This document shows positions 25,593 to 35,023 of a DNA stretch of 38,270 nt, one piece after another (the stretch's first letter is position 1; each line of letters opens with the position of its first letter). A program made the position numbers and the translations under genes. Under the pieces are notes generated by a model. It saw nothing but the letters and a program-made list of their open reading frames with translations, was not told the origin of the DNA and made no database searches. The DNA comes from Clostridia bacterium (GTDB taxonomy: Bacteria; Bacillota; Clostridia; DUPQ01), in the NCBI GenBank assembly GCA_041678685.1, contig JBAYNV010000004.1, positions 1-38,270 on the forward strand, read 5' to 3'.

Positions 25593-27155
25593 ATGGAACT
25601 AACACTAAGAGAAATCATAGGTTTAGTCATTATCATTTTTCTATTAATATTTTCGACGGTAATGTATTTTTTGGGTATCAGACACAGAAAGTTAGTTGCG
25701 GAGAAGGAAATAGGCAGTGCCGAAGCTGAAGCTAAGAAAATGATCGTTCAAGGCGAAAAGCAAGCTGAGGAAAGAAAAAGAGAGATATTGATTGAAGCCA
25801 AAGAGGAGATTCATAAAGCCAAAGTCGAAATGGAAAGGGATCTTAAGGAGAGACGAAGTGAAGTACAGAGATTGGAACACAGAGTCATCCAGAAAGAAGA
25901 GCTCATAGACAAAAAGATCGCGGTGATGGAGAATAAAGAAGATACACTTAACAAAAAAGTTTTGAATATCGAAACAAGACAGAAGGAAATCGATGAGATC
26001 TATCAAAACAAACTAGCTGAACTGGAAAGAATTTCAGGGCTGACGATAGACGAAGCAAAATCTTATTTGCTGAATTCGTTGGAAGATGAGATCAAACATG
26101 AGAAAGTACTTCTTCTGAAAGATTACGAAGCAAAAACAAAGGAAGAGTCCGACAGGATAGCAAAGAATATAATTTCATCAGCCATCCAAAGATGCGCATC
26201 AGATTATGTGGCAGAACAGACCGTTTCAGTAGTGGCATTGCCAAACGACGAAATGAAAGGCCGTATAATAGGGCGTGAAGGAAGAAACATAAGGGCATTG
26301 GAAACACTTACTGGTATCGATCTGATAATCGATGATACACCTGAAGCGGTCGTTTTGTCCGGTTTTGATCCCGTAAGAAGGGAAATAGCAAGGATCGCAT
26401 TGGAAAAACTTATCGTTGATGGCAGGATACATCCGGCAAGAATCGAAGAAATGGTAAATAAGGCAAAGAAAGAAATCGAAAATACCATTAAGATCGAAGG
26501 AGATAAAGTAGCTTTTGAAGCAGGAGTAAATAATCTTCACCCGGAGATAATACGTTATCTCGGCAGAATGAAATACAGGACGAGTTACGGCCAGAATGTG
26601 CTCAAACACTCACTGGAAGTATCTATGCTGACAGGGATCATGGCATCTGAACTTGGTTTGGATGTATCCTTAGCTAAAAGAGCAGGACTCTTACATGATA
26701 TTGGGAAGTCGATAGATTTTGAGACAGAAGGAACACATGTGGAAGTCGGTGCTGACATAGCAAGGAAATATAACGAACATGCTGTCGTGCTTGATGCAAT
26801 ATTGTCGCATCACGGTGATAAAGAACCTGAAAGCGCTATAGCGGTGCTTGTACAGGCTGCAGACGGAATATCAGCTGCAAGACCAGGTGCAAGAAAAGAG
26901 ACCCTTGAAGCTTACGTGAAGAGGATCGAGAAGCTGGAAGATATAGCAAATTCCTTTGACGGAGTGGAATCATCTTATGCAGTACAAGCTGGAAGAGAGA
27001 TCAGGATCATGGTCAAACCTGAAAAGATGTCAGATGACGATATCGTGCTTACCTGCAGGGAAATTGTTAAGAGGATCGAAAGTGAAATGGAGTATCCCGG
27101 ACAGATAAAGGTAAATATCATAAGGGAAGTAAGGGCTGTAGATTTCGCAAAATAA
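25593..27155 (+). CDS. rny: Ribonuclease Y
   Basis: The track starts at 25560. The ATG at 25593 follows AAGGAGG at ideal spacing. The protein has an N-terminal TM helix and a coiled-coil region. The KH motif is [15 protein letters not shown] and the HD motif is LLHDIGK. Confidence 0.9.
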   Translation: MELTLREIIGLVIIIFLLIFSTVMYFLGIRHRKLVAEKEIGSAEAEAKKMIVQGEKQAEERKREILIEAKEEIHKAKVEMERDLKERRSEVQRLEHRVIQKEELIDKKIAVMENKEDTLNKKVLNIETRQKEIDEIYQNKLAELERISGLTIDEAKSYLLNSLEDEIKHEKVLLLKDYEAKTKEESDRIAKNIISSAIQRCASDYVAEQTVSVVALPNDEMKGRIIGREGRNIRALETLTGIDLIIDDTPEAVVLSGFDPVRREIARIALEKLIVDGRIHPARIEEMVNKAKKEIENTIKIEGDKVAFEAGVNNLHPEIIRYLGRMKYRTSYGQNVLKHSLEVSMLTGIMASELGLDVSLAKRAGLLHDIGKSIDFETEGTHVEVGADIARKYNEHAVVLDAILSHHGDKEPESAIAVLVQAADGISAARPGARKETLEAYVKRIEKLEDIANSFDGVESSYAVQAGREIRIMVKPEKMSDDDIVLTCREIVKRIESEMEYPGQIKVNIIREVRAVDFAK

Positions 27156-27160
27156 GAATA

Positions 27161-27191
27161 AAGAAGTATGCTTGTCATACTTCTTTTTTTT
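27161..27191. terminator. Intrinsic terminator shared by convergent rny and the SCIFF maturase gene
   Basis: A perfect 10-bp stem AAGAAGTATG / CATACTTCTT (27161-27170 / 27176-27185) has a 5-nt loop. It is followed by a T-run on the plus strand. The minus-strand downstream side is TTATTCTTATTTT. Confidence 0.7.
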
Positions 27192-27214
27192 ACCTATATA
27201 TATAAAGTTATATG

Positions 27215-28588
27215 TTATTCTACATCTTCAACAGACTTGATCATGATCGCGCATTCGATGCGTTTTTTGAATAGTTCGCAGCCATATTCATAAATACCTT
27301 TTATGCTGCCTGTCGCATGATATGCATTTGCAGCACAGCCGCCCGAACAGTATAGCTTGGCCCAGCAGTCGCTGCATTCCTTACGTGCATATGCATTACA
27401 GAGCTTGAATTCATTCTGCATATCGGTATTTGTAACGCCATCCCATATATTTCCCAGACTGTACTTTGTATCTCCTACAAATTGGTGGCAGGGAAACAGT
27501 TCGCCCCATGGAGTCACGGCCATATATTCGGTCCCTGAACCGCAGCCTGCTATACGTTTGTATATACATGGACCTCCTGTCAGATCGATCATATAGTGGT
27601 AAAAAGTGAATTCTTTACCTTCCTTTTTCCTTTTTATCATTTCCTTTGCAAGAAGCTCATACTGTTCGAGAAGTATGGGCATATCTTCTTTCGTAAGGGC
27701 ATACGGATCAGAAGAAGCGCAAACTACGGGTTCCATGCTCAGTTCCGTAAATCCAAGGTCCAGCATATGTAAAATATCATTAGTGAAATCCACGTTATTG
27801 TGCGTAAATGTTCCACGCAGATAATATTTGCAGTTGTTACGTTCTTTTACTAATTTTTGGAATTTGGGTACGATGATGTCATAACTGCCTCTGCCTCTAT
27901 AATCTTTGCGTAAGCGGTCATGCACTTCCTTCCTGCCGTCAAGGCTCAGAACAACATTATCCATTTCTTTATTTACAAAGCTGATCACATCATCATCTAT
28001 AAGCATGCCGTTCGTTGTCAGAGTGAAACGGAACTTTTTGTCATGTATCTCTTCCTGGCTTCTTCCGTATGCCGTAAGTTTTTTCACTACATCAAAATTC
28101 ATAAGAGGTTCTCCGCCAAAGAAGTCGACGTCAAGGTTTTTTCTTGTCCCGGATCGTGATATAAGAAAATCCAGCGCCTGTTTTCCTACTTCATAACTCA
28201 TCAGTGCCCGGTTGCCCTGGTACTTACCTTGGCTTGCAAAACAGTAAGTACAGTTCAGATTGCACGTATGAGCTACATGAAGGCAGAGAGCTTTTATGAC
28301 AGGCTTTTTTGCCTTGAAATCAAATGCCATATCTTTATATGTGTCTTCCGTAAATAACTTGCCTGACTTTTTAAGGTCTTCCACGTCAGATATGCATTCC
28401 TTTATATCCTGCTCTTTTATGTCTTCCCTGAATGCATATTTTTCAGATATCCGTTCCGTTATTTCACTTGGGGAGGTGTTCTCAAAAAGTGCAATGATAT
28501 CATATGCAAGATCATCGACTACATGGACAGATCCGCTGCATGTATCCAAAACAATATTTATTCCGTTTAATTTATACTGGTGGACCAT
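27215..28588 (-). CDS. scfB: Radical SAM/SPASM thioether-forming SCIFF peptide maturase
   Basis: The N-terminus is MVHQYKLNGINIVLDTCSGSVHVVDD. The radical SAM motif is CNLNCTYC. The C-terminal SPASM Cys clusters are CSDCWAKLYCSGGCAANAY. The track start (GTG 28606) is replaced by the ATG at 28588, which follows AAGAGG. Confidence 0.85.
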   Translation of the reverse strand: MVHQYKLNGINIVLDTCSGSVHVVDDLAYDIIALFENTSPSEITERISEKYAFREDIKEQDIKECISDVEDLKKSGKLFTEDTYKDMAFDFKAKKPVIKALCLHVAHTCNLNCTYCFASQGKYQGNRALMSYEVGKQALDFLISRSGTRKNLDVDFFGGEPLMNFDVVKKLTAYGRSQEEIHDKKFRFTLTTNGMLIDDDVISFVNKEMDNVVLSLDGRKEVHDRLRKDYRGRGSYDIIVPKFQKLVKERNNCKYYLRGTFTHNNVDFTNDILHMLDLGFTELSMEPVVCASSDPYALTKEDMPILLEQYELLAKEMIKRKKEGKEFTFYHYMIDLTGGPCIYKRIAGCGSGTEYMAVTPWGELFPCHQFVGDTKYSLGNIWDGVTNTDMQNEFKLCNAYARKECSDCWAKLYCSGGCAANAYHATGSIKGIYEYGCELFKKRIECAIMIKSVEDVE

Positions 28589-28607
28589 TGATACCTCTTT
28601 TATCACA

Positions 28608-28648
28608 TAAAAAAACCGCTGGATCAGATATTATGCAGATCAGGCGGC
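28608..28648 (-). terminator. Imperfect hairpin + U8 between SCIFF precursor and maturase genes (candidate partial terminator/attenuator)
   Basis: The minus strand reads GCCGCCUGAUCUGCAUAAUAUCUGAUCCAGCGG followed by UUUUUUUU. Two 4-bp helices (CCGC/GCGG and GAUC/GAUC) are separated by a 2x2 internal loop. This was folded by eye only. Confidence 0.35.
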
Positions 28649-28671
28649 AATTTTACTTTGCGATCTATGGA

Positions 28672-28827
28672 TCACTTATTTTTGTTTTCGCAATGCTGAT
28701 TGGCAACGCCGCAGGAAGTCTTGCATGCAGACTGGCATGAAGTCTGACATTCACCGCAACCGCCGTTCTTTGTGCTCTTAGCCAGGTCACGGGTCTCGAT
28801 AGTCTTTATTCTTTTGATCTTTTCCAT
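28672..28827 (-). CDS. scfA: SCIFF (six-cysteines-in-forty-five) ranthipeptide precursor, 51 aa
   Basis: Too short for the ORF track. The reverse complement translates to MEKIKRIKTIETRDLAKSTKNGGCGECQTSCQSACKTSCGVANQHCENKNK*. It has six Cys residues and the family core GGCGECQTSCQSACKTSC. The RBS is GAGGAA. It lies directly upstream of the maturase gene. Confidence 0.88.
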   Translation of the reverse strand: MEKIKRIKTIETRDLAKSTKNGGCGECQTSCQSACKTSCGVANQHCENKNK

Positions 28828-28877
28828 AATATGTTCCTCACTTTTATAAGCAAATACTTTAAATCTAAATCAGTATT

Positions 28878-28906
28878 ATTGTAATGTCACGCGTTGAATA
28901 TGTCAA
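28878..28906 (-). promoter_or_regulatory. Promoter of the SCIFF operon: TTGACA - 17 nt - TACAAT
   Basis: Minus-strand TTGACA (28901-28906) and TACAAT (28878-28883) lie in the 91-nt gap after the decarboxylase stop. Confidence 0.6.
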
Positions 28907-28918
28907 TCAATAATTATA

Positions 28919-30361
28919 TCAGACCAGGACAGCGATCGTATCTGAAGTGCTGCCAAGTGACGATTTTAACTCTATCCCGTGTTCTTTATATGCGGCAATC
29001 ACAGATATCACTGAGCAGTCGATCTGTTCGCCCGGTATGATGATCGGAATGCCTGGGGGATATGCAAATACATATTCCGCACTGACAGCATCAATAGCAT
29101 CACATGTGTTTATGAACCGGTATCGGCTTTTTATGGCTTTACAAATGCTCATGACTTTTTTGGGATATGCACAGGGTAAGCAGTATGAAGCATCTTCCGT
29201 ACATTTGCCGCATTGTGCATCTATTTCATTAAGAGCGGATGCAAATGCTGACAGATCCTCCTTGCTGCCGCCTATACCAGTCAAAGCTGTTGCATTATCG
29301 ATGGAGGCCATCTCAAGCTGTATATTGTACTTATCAAGCAGTAAACGGAATAGCTCTATACCTTGTAATCCTGTGCCTTTTGTGGATATGACTATCTTGC
29401 TTGGATCCATTGCATATATCCCTTCATATTTATACCTGTCATTACCATGTGAAAATATATGAAGATTCTTAAGATCCATCACCATCGAATCAAACACTCC
29501 AAGCCTTTCCTCCCAATCATGAAAAAGCTTCCCGCCTGATGCTGAAATAAGCCTTATGCATCCATCAATAGACGCCATAAGAAGGTATGAAGGACTGCTG
29601 GTCTCAAAAATATCGAGCTGGCGTTTTATATCGTTTTCTGACAAGATATCGCCATTTAAATGCATTATAGCTGTCTGAGTAAGGCCAGCAAGTGTTTTAT
29701 GAAGACTCTGTACCACTATATCCGCTCCTGCAGAAACCGAACCGCCGGGGAAATAGTCTGAGAATCCAAGATGGGCTCCGTGGGCTTCATCAACCAGGAC
29801 AGGGATATGCTTTTTATGGGCATACTCGCAGATCTTTCTTATATCACTGATCACGCCATCATATGTTGGGCTTGTAATTACAACCATTTTTATATCCTCA
29901 TACGTATCCAGTGCATCTTCCACCGCATCTGCAGGTATGGAAGCATATATGCCCAAAGAGGGTTCGACCGGAGGCATTATAAAAACAGGATCAAGACCGC
30001 ATATCTCGATCGCATTATATACTGATTTATGTGAATTTCTTGCTACAAGCACCCGGTCGCCATATTTTGTGAGAGCCCGTATACCGGAGAGTATCCCGCA
30101 TGTGCTTCCGTTCACCAGGAAAAATGATGATGCGCTGTGCCAAAGATCGCTGGCTTTTTTCATCGATTCATGAAGCATGCCAGCAGGATCATGAAGATCA
30201 TCAAATCCCGGTATTTCTGTGATGTCATATCTTGCTCCAAGATCAAAGAGAAAACCTGCCATATCTACATTCCTTTTATGCCCGGGCATGTGCATGGGTA
30301 TGACATTTTTCTCATTATATTCTTTCAGTTTATCCAGGACAGACATATCGGATGGTATCAT
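28919..30361 (-). CDS. PLP-dependent Orn/Lys/Arg decarboxylase family protein (fold type I)
   Basis: MHMPGHKRN is present. The PLP-lysine context is VQSLHKTLAGLTQTA. The track start at 30427 would place a good promoter (30381-30409) inside the ORF. The ATG at 30361 follows CGAGGGAAA and gives MIPSDMSVLDKL.... Confidence 0.8.
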   Translation of the reverse strand: MIPSDMSVLDKLKEYNEKNVIPMHMPGHKRNVDMAGFLFDLGARYDITEIPGFDDLHDPAGMLHESMKKASDLWHSASSFFLVNGSTCGILSGIRALTKYGDRVLVARNSHKSVYNAIEICGLDPVFIMPPVEPSLGIYASIPADAVEDALDTYEDIKMVVITSPTYDGVISDIRKICEYAHKKHIPVLVDEAHGAHLGFSDYFPGGSVSAGADIVVQSLHKTLAGLTQTAIMHLNGDILSENDIKRQLDIFETSSPSYLLMASIDGCIRLISASGGKLFHDWEERLGVFDSMVMDLKNLHIFSHGNDRYKYEGIYAMDPSKIVISTKGTGLQGIELFRLLLDKYNIQLEMASIDNATALTGIGGSKEDLSAFASALNEIDAQCGKCTEDASYCLPCAYPKKVMSICKAIKSRYRFINTCDAIDAVSAEYVFAYPPGIPIIIPGEQIDCSVISVIAAYKEHGIELKSSLGSTSDTIAVLV

Positions 30362-30380
30362 TTTCCCTCGATTCAACTTA

Positions 30381-30409
30381 ATGATATTCCAAAATATATA
30401 TGTGTGCAA
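30381..30409 (-). promoter_or_regulatory. Candidate decarboxylase promoter: TTGCAC - 17 nt - TATCAT
   Basis: Minus-strand TTGCAC (30404-30409) and TATCAT (30381-30386). Confidence 0.4.
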
Positions 30410-30504
30410 TAAAATATCGGAATTCATTGAAGATGCCTGATCAGTATTACTCTTCTAATTTTATTTCCGTTGGGATATAATAAAATAATGGAATTGAGGT
30501 AACT

Positions 30505-31287
30505 GTGAAAGTATTGTTTATAGGAGATATATATGGCAAGACAGGAAGGGTGATGCTTAAAAACCGCATGGATGCGCTTAAGAAGAAGTATTCGCCTGAC
30601 TTTATTATAGCTAACGGTGAAAATGTCGACAGGGGCAGAGGCATAACAGCTACGCTTCTTACGGAACTGCTTTCAACAGGCATCGATATCGTTACATCAG
30701 GGAACCATGTGTTTGCCAGAAAAGAAATATTGGAAACGATGGAGAGTTCATCGGTACTGTTAAGGCCTTTGAATTATTCAAAAGCATGTCCGGGAAAAGG
30801 ATATGCGGTCATAGAGAAGAATGGGATGAAGCTTGGGGTCATAAATGCTTCGGGAAGGGTATTCATGGACCCGTGCGATGATCCTTTTGCCGCGGTAGAC
30901 AGCATATTGGCGGAGATAAAAAAGAAGACGAAGAACGTTCTGGTCGATTTCCACGGTGAGGCTACAAGCGAGAAAACAGCTTTTGCGTGGCAGTTTGACG
31001 GAAGGATTTCTGCCATAATCGGGACGCATACTCATGTGCAGACTGCGGATGAAAGGATACTTCCTTTTGGGACGGCTTTCATAAGTGATGCAGGTATGAC
31101 AGGCCCTTATGAAGGAATAATAGGAGCAAACAAAGAGGAAGTGCTGCATAAGTTCATAACAGGAATGCCTGTATCGTTTACATGCCAGGAAGGTACGGCA
31201 CAGCTCAACGCCGTATATGTCGAGCTTAGCGAGGAAACAGGAAAAGCGATACGTATCGAAAGGATAAATGAGATTGAGAAGAGTTAA
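30505..31287 (+). CDS. ymdB: YmdB-family metallophosphoesterase (2',3'-cyclic-nucleotide phosphodiesterase, TIGR00282-like)
   Basis: The start is GTG after GAGGT. Motifs VLFIGDIYGKTGR, ANGENVDRGRGIT and DFHGEATSEK are present. Confidence 0.85.
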   Translation: MKVLFIGDIYGKTGRVMLKNRMDALKKKYSPDFIIANGENVDRGRGITATLLTELLSTGIDIVTSGNHVFARKEILETMESSSVLLRPLNYSKACPGKGYAVIEKNGMKLGVINASGRVFMDPCDDPFAAVDSILAEIKKKTKNVLVDFHGEATSEKTAFAWQFDGRISAIIGTHTHVQTADERILPFGTAFISDAGMTGPYEGIIGANKEEVLHKFITGMPVSFTCQEGTAQLNAVYVELSEETGKAIRIERINEIEKS

Positions 31288-31747
31288 CGCAAAAACACTT
31301 TTCTGGCTGTTTTTGAGCGCAGCCATAATCGTGCTGGATCAGCTGTCTAAATACTGGATATCAGCGGAATTGCCGTCAGGCGGAAGAATAGCGATAATAG
31401 AGGATATATTCTATATCACATACACTACTAATACCGGAGCGGCCTGGGGACTGTTTTCCGAACATACTGAGTACCTTGCGGTCTTTTCAGTGATCGCAGC
31501 TCTGGTTCTTGTATATGTGCTCATGCTTATGAGGAGGCGATTCGCCAGTTTATCTCTTTCCATGGTTATAGGCGGAGCAATAGGTAATGCGATAGACAGG
31601 GTCAGGCTTGGAAGCGTGATAGACTTTATTGACATCAACCTGTTTGGATATAACGATTTTCCCATATTCAATGTAGCGGATTCAGCTATTACCGTAGGCG
31701 TTGGTCTGCTTGTGATATATGTCCTGTTCGTACACAGAGAGATGTAA
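31268..31747 (+). CDS. lspA: Lipoprotein signal peptidase II
   Basis: Motifs LDQLSKYW, NTGAAWG and FPIFNVADSAITVG are present. It has four TM segments. Confidence 0.9.
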   Translation: MRLRRVNAKTLFWLFLSAAIIVLDQLSKYWISAELPSGGRIAIIEDIFYITYTTNTGAAWGLFSEHTEYLAVFSVIAALVLVYVLMLMRRRFASLSLSMVIGGAIGNAIDRVRLGSVIDFIDINLFGYNDFPIFNVADSAITVGVGLLVIYVLFVHREM

Positions 31748-31749
31748 AT

Positions 31750-32661
31750 ATGGAAATATCATTTGTTGTTAACGATAAAGATGAAGGTTTGAGATTGGAT
31801 GTTTATCTGACGCGTCTTTTCGAGGATTATTCACGCACATATATGGCAAAACTCATAAAGGAAGGCTGCGTAAAGGTCAACTGGGAATCAAAACAGTCGA
31901 AGTATAAGGTAAAAATCCATGATGATATCATTGTAAGTATACCCAAGATCACAGTGCCTGATATTACGCCGTGCGATATACCGGTGGATATAGTATACGA
32001 GGATGATGATATCATAGTCGTAAATAAGGAAAAAGGCATGGTAGTGCATCCTGCACCGGGTAATTACACCGGCACGCTTGTAAATGCCCTGCTTTTCCAT
32101 ACTGAAGGCGGATTGTCGGATATAAACGGAGTGGAAAGACCCGGGATAGTCCATAGGATCGATAAGGATACTTCAGGGTTGCTGGTCGTTGCCAAAAACA
32201 ACAATGCCCACAGAAGGCTTTCAGAACTGTTCTCTGTACATGACATAACCAGAGAGTATATCGCCATAGTGAAAGGGATAATAGGTCCTAACGGCGGAAA
32301 TATCGATGCCCCAATAGGCCGTGATGTGAATAACAGGCTGAAGATAGCAGTTGATACAAAAAACGGCAAGCATGCCGTGACTCACTTCACTGTGGTCGAA
32401 AGGTTAAAAGGCGCGACCTTCATAAGGGTGCATCTTGAAACCGGAAGAACACATCAGATAAGGGTGCATATGTCATATATAGGGTATCCGGTACTTGGAG
32501 ATGACATATATGGAGGCAAGGATCCAAGATTCGATAAAGGTCAGCTGCTACATGCAAGGCTTTTAGGTTTCGTGCATCCTGCAACGGAAAAATATGTGGA
32601 ATATACTGCGGAACCCGGTGCATATTTCAATGATGCTCTATACATACTGAGAAAGGACTGA
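31750..32661 (+). CDS. rluD: RluA-family 23S rRNA pseudouridine synthase (RluD-like)
   Basis: It has an N-terminal S4 domain (RLDVYL). The catalytic motif HRIDKDTSGLLVVAK is present, as is GRTHQIRVH. Confidence 0.85.
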   Translation: MEISFVVNDKDEGLRLDVYLTRLFEDYSRTYMAKLIKEGCVKVNWESKQSKYKVKIHDDIIVSIPKITVPDITPCDIPVDIVYEDDDIIVVNKEKGMVVHPAPGNYTGTLVNALLFHTEGGLSDINGVERPGIVHRIDKDTSGLLVVAKNNNAHRRLSELFSVHDITREYIAIVKGIIGPNGGNIDAPIGRDVNNRLKIAVDTKNGKHAVTHFTVVERLKGATFIRVHLETGRTHQIRVHMSYIGYPVLGDDIYGGKDPRFDKGQLLHARLLGFVHPATEKYVEYTAEPGAYFNDALYILRKD

Positions 32662-33353
32662 TGGATATGAAGATCACGGGGATATATGAAAGAACAGTGA
32701 ATCTCATAGGGGAAGAAGGACAGAAAAAGCTTTTTTCTAAAAAAGTAGTACTCATAGGGCTTGGAGGTGTAGGTTCATACATACTTGAAGCGCTGTCAAG
32801 AGCAGGTGTGGGAACGTTGATAATAGCGGATTTTGAAAAGATAGAGGAAACAAATATAAACAGACAGCTGTATGCGCTCCATTCGACGGTCGGAATGTAT
32901 AAGACGGAAGCGGCCAAGGCAAGGATAGCAGACATCAATGCGGATATCACAGTCATAATTCATAATATTTTTGTCACCAAAGAAGATCTTGCAAATATTA
33001 TACCTGCGGATTGCGATTACATAATAGATGCGATAGATTCCGTACAGTCGAAGATAGATATAATAAAGTATGCGAAAATGAATGATATAAAGGTCATCTC
33101 CTGTATGGGAACAGGGAAAAAGCTCGACAATACGAACTTCAAGATCGCAGATATAAGTAAAAGCGAGATGTGTCCTTTGGCTAAAAAGATTAGAAAGCAG
33201 CTCAGGGATGAAGGTATCACAAAAGTGGACGTACTTTATTCCACAGCTGCCAATATGACAACAGAAGGCCGGAAGATAGCAAGTATTTCGTATGTCCCTG
33301 CGACAGCGGGACTGCTTATAGCAGGTCATGTAATACAGAAACTGATACAATAA
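32661..33353 (+). CDS. tcdA: tRNA threonylcarbamoyladenosine dehydratase (ThiF/E1-like)
   Basis: The motif VVLIGLGGVGSYILEALSRAGVGTLIIADFEKIEETNINRQ is present. The start overlaps the rluD stop as TGATG. Confidence 0.8.
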   Translation: MDMKITGIYERTVNLIGEEGQKKLFSKKVVLIGLGGVGSYILEALSRAGVGTLIIADFEKIEETNINRQLYALHSTVGMYKTEAAKARIADINADITVIIHNIFVTKEDLANIIPADCDYIIDAIDSVQSKIDIIKYAKMNDIKVISCMGTGKKLDNTNFKIADISKSEMCPLAKKIRKQLRDEGITKVDVLYSTAANMTTEGRKIASISYVPATAGLLIAGHVIQKLIQ

Positions 33354-33368
33354 ATATGGAGGTATGAA

Positions 33369-34901
33369 ATGGGTTATTTATTAGGTATCGATATTGGTAC
33401 GTCAGCAACCAAAACAGTACTGTTCAGCATTAAAGGAGAGGCAATAGCTTCAGCATCATATGAATATCCTCTTTATCAGCCATATCCGGGCTGGGCTGAG
33501 CAGGATCCAAAAGACTGGTGGGATGCGGTATGTGAGACATGCAAAGAAGTCATAAAAAAGACAGGCATAGATAATAAGCTGATCAAAGGCATCGGCCTTT
33601 CAGGACAGATGCATGGGCTTGTGATGCTGGATAAACATGATAACTTACTCGGACGCTCTATCATATGGTGCGATCAGAGGACGGAAAAACAGGCTGCAGA
33701 AATAGAAGACAGGATCACAAGGAAAAGACTGATCGAGATCACTGCGAACCCGGCGATCACCGGATTTACCGCTGCAAAGATAATGTGGGTAAAGGAAAAC
33801 CTCCCGGAAATATATGCGAAAGCTACTAAGATAATGCTGCCGAAGGACTATATCCAGTATATGCTGACCGGCGAATTTTCCACTGAGGTTTCAGACGGAT
33901 CAGGAATGCAGCTGATGGATATAAAAAAGAGATGTTTTTCCGACGAAGTGCTGGAAAAGCTCGGGGTTGACAGAAGGCTTCTTGGATATATGCATGAATC
34001 CTGTGAGGAAGCAGGCAGAGTGACGATAAAGGCATCCGAACTGACAGGGCTGGCTGCGGGAACGACAGTCGCTGCAGGTGCAGGCGACCAGGCTGCATGT
34101 GCTGTAGGGAACGGGATCGTTAAAGAAGGGATCATATCATCCACGATCGGTACCAGCGGCGTCATATTCGCTCATACGAATGAGCTTCATATCGATAAAG
34201 GCGGAAGGATACACACATTATGTCATGCGGTCCCGGGAGCATGGCATGTGATGGGAGTCACGCAGGCGGCAGGACTATCATTAAAATGGTTCAGGGATGA
34301 ATTCTGCCAGGAGGAAAAGAAAAATGCGGAAGCGCTGGGAGTGGATCCGTATGTATTAATGGATAAAATGGCTGAGAAGATAGAAAAGGGTTCAAAAGGG
34401 CTCATATACCTTCCTTACCTTATGGGAGAGAGATCTCCGCATCTTGATCCGAACTGTTCGGGAGTATTCTTCGGCCTTACACCTATGCATACCAAAGCTC
34501 ATTTGATCAGATCGATCATGGAGGGTGTTGTATTTTCATTGAAAGACAGTGTTGAGATACTTAAGAATGATATGGGTATCGCTTTAAATGAAGTGCGTGT
34601 TTCCGGAGGAGGAGCAAAGAGCCCGCTTTGGAAACAGATGCAAGGGGACATTTTTGGTATCGACATAGCGGAAGTCAACAATCCTGAAGGCGGTGCTCTC
34701 GGTGTTGCAATACTTGCGGGCGTTGCAGGCGGTATTTATAAATCTGTCCAATCTGCATGCGATGAGATGATCACATTGAAAAAGAAGAAGATACATGAGG
34801 GAGAAAATACTGCAGAGTATAATAAATTCTATAACGTTTATAAGGGGTTATATCCTGTTATGAAAAAGAGTTTTTCAGAGCTGAGAAGCATTGTAAGATA
34901 A
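33369..34901 (+). CDS. xylB: Xylulokinase (FGGY carbohydrate kinase)
   Basis: Motifs LLGIDIGTSATKTVLF, GLSGQMHGLVMLD and GAGDQAACAVGNG are present. The RBS is GGAGGT. Confidence 0.8.
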   Translation: MGYLLGIDIGTSATKTVLFSIKGEAIASASYEYPLYQPYPGWAEQDPKDWWDAVCETCKEVIKKTGIDNKLIKGIGLSGQMHGLVMLDKHDNLLGRSIIWCDQRTEKQAAEIEDRITRKRLIEITANPAITGFTAAKIMWVKENLPEIYAKATKIMLPKDYIQYMLTGEFSTEVSDGSGMQLMDIKKRCFSDEVLEKLGVDRRLLGYMHESCEEAGRVTIKASELTGLAAGTTVAAGAGDQAACAVGNGIVKEGIISSTIGTSGVIFAHTNELHIDKGGRIHTLCHAVPGAWHVMGVTQAAGLSLKWFRDEFCQEEKKNAEALGVDPYVLMDKMAEKIEKGSKGLIYLPYLMGERSPHLDPNCSGVFFGLTPMHTKAHLIRSIMEGVVFSLKDSVEILKNDMGIALNEVRVSGGGAKSPLWKQMQGDIFGIDIAEVNNPEGGALGVAILAGVAGGIYKSVQSACDEMITLKKKKIHEGENTAEYNKFYNVYKGLYPVMKKSFSELRSIVR

Positions 34902-34907
34902 AAACTG

Positions 34908-34937
34908 CGGTATCCTGTAAAAGGATACCGTTTTTTT
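34908..34937 (+). terminator. Intrinsic terminator after xylB
   Basis: A perfect 9-bp stem CGGTATCCT / AGGATACCG has loop GTAAA and is followed by T7. Confidence 0.75.
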
Positions 34938-35023
34938 AAGTGATCTGTTGATTTACGTTTGCATATATTACCATATCATAATATAATTGATACATTCGAT
35001 CAGACAAACAGCTGGAGATGAGA

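Noticed and set aside
28504-28740. 78-aa plus-strand ORF across the scfA/scfB spacer
   Set aside because: It is antisense to the SCIFF precursor and to the maturase start. The minus-strand reading gives an exact SCIFF core motif with an RBS and a promoter.
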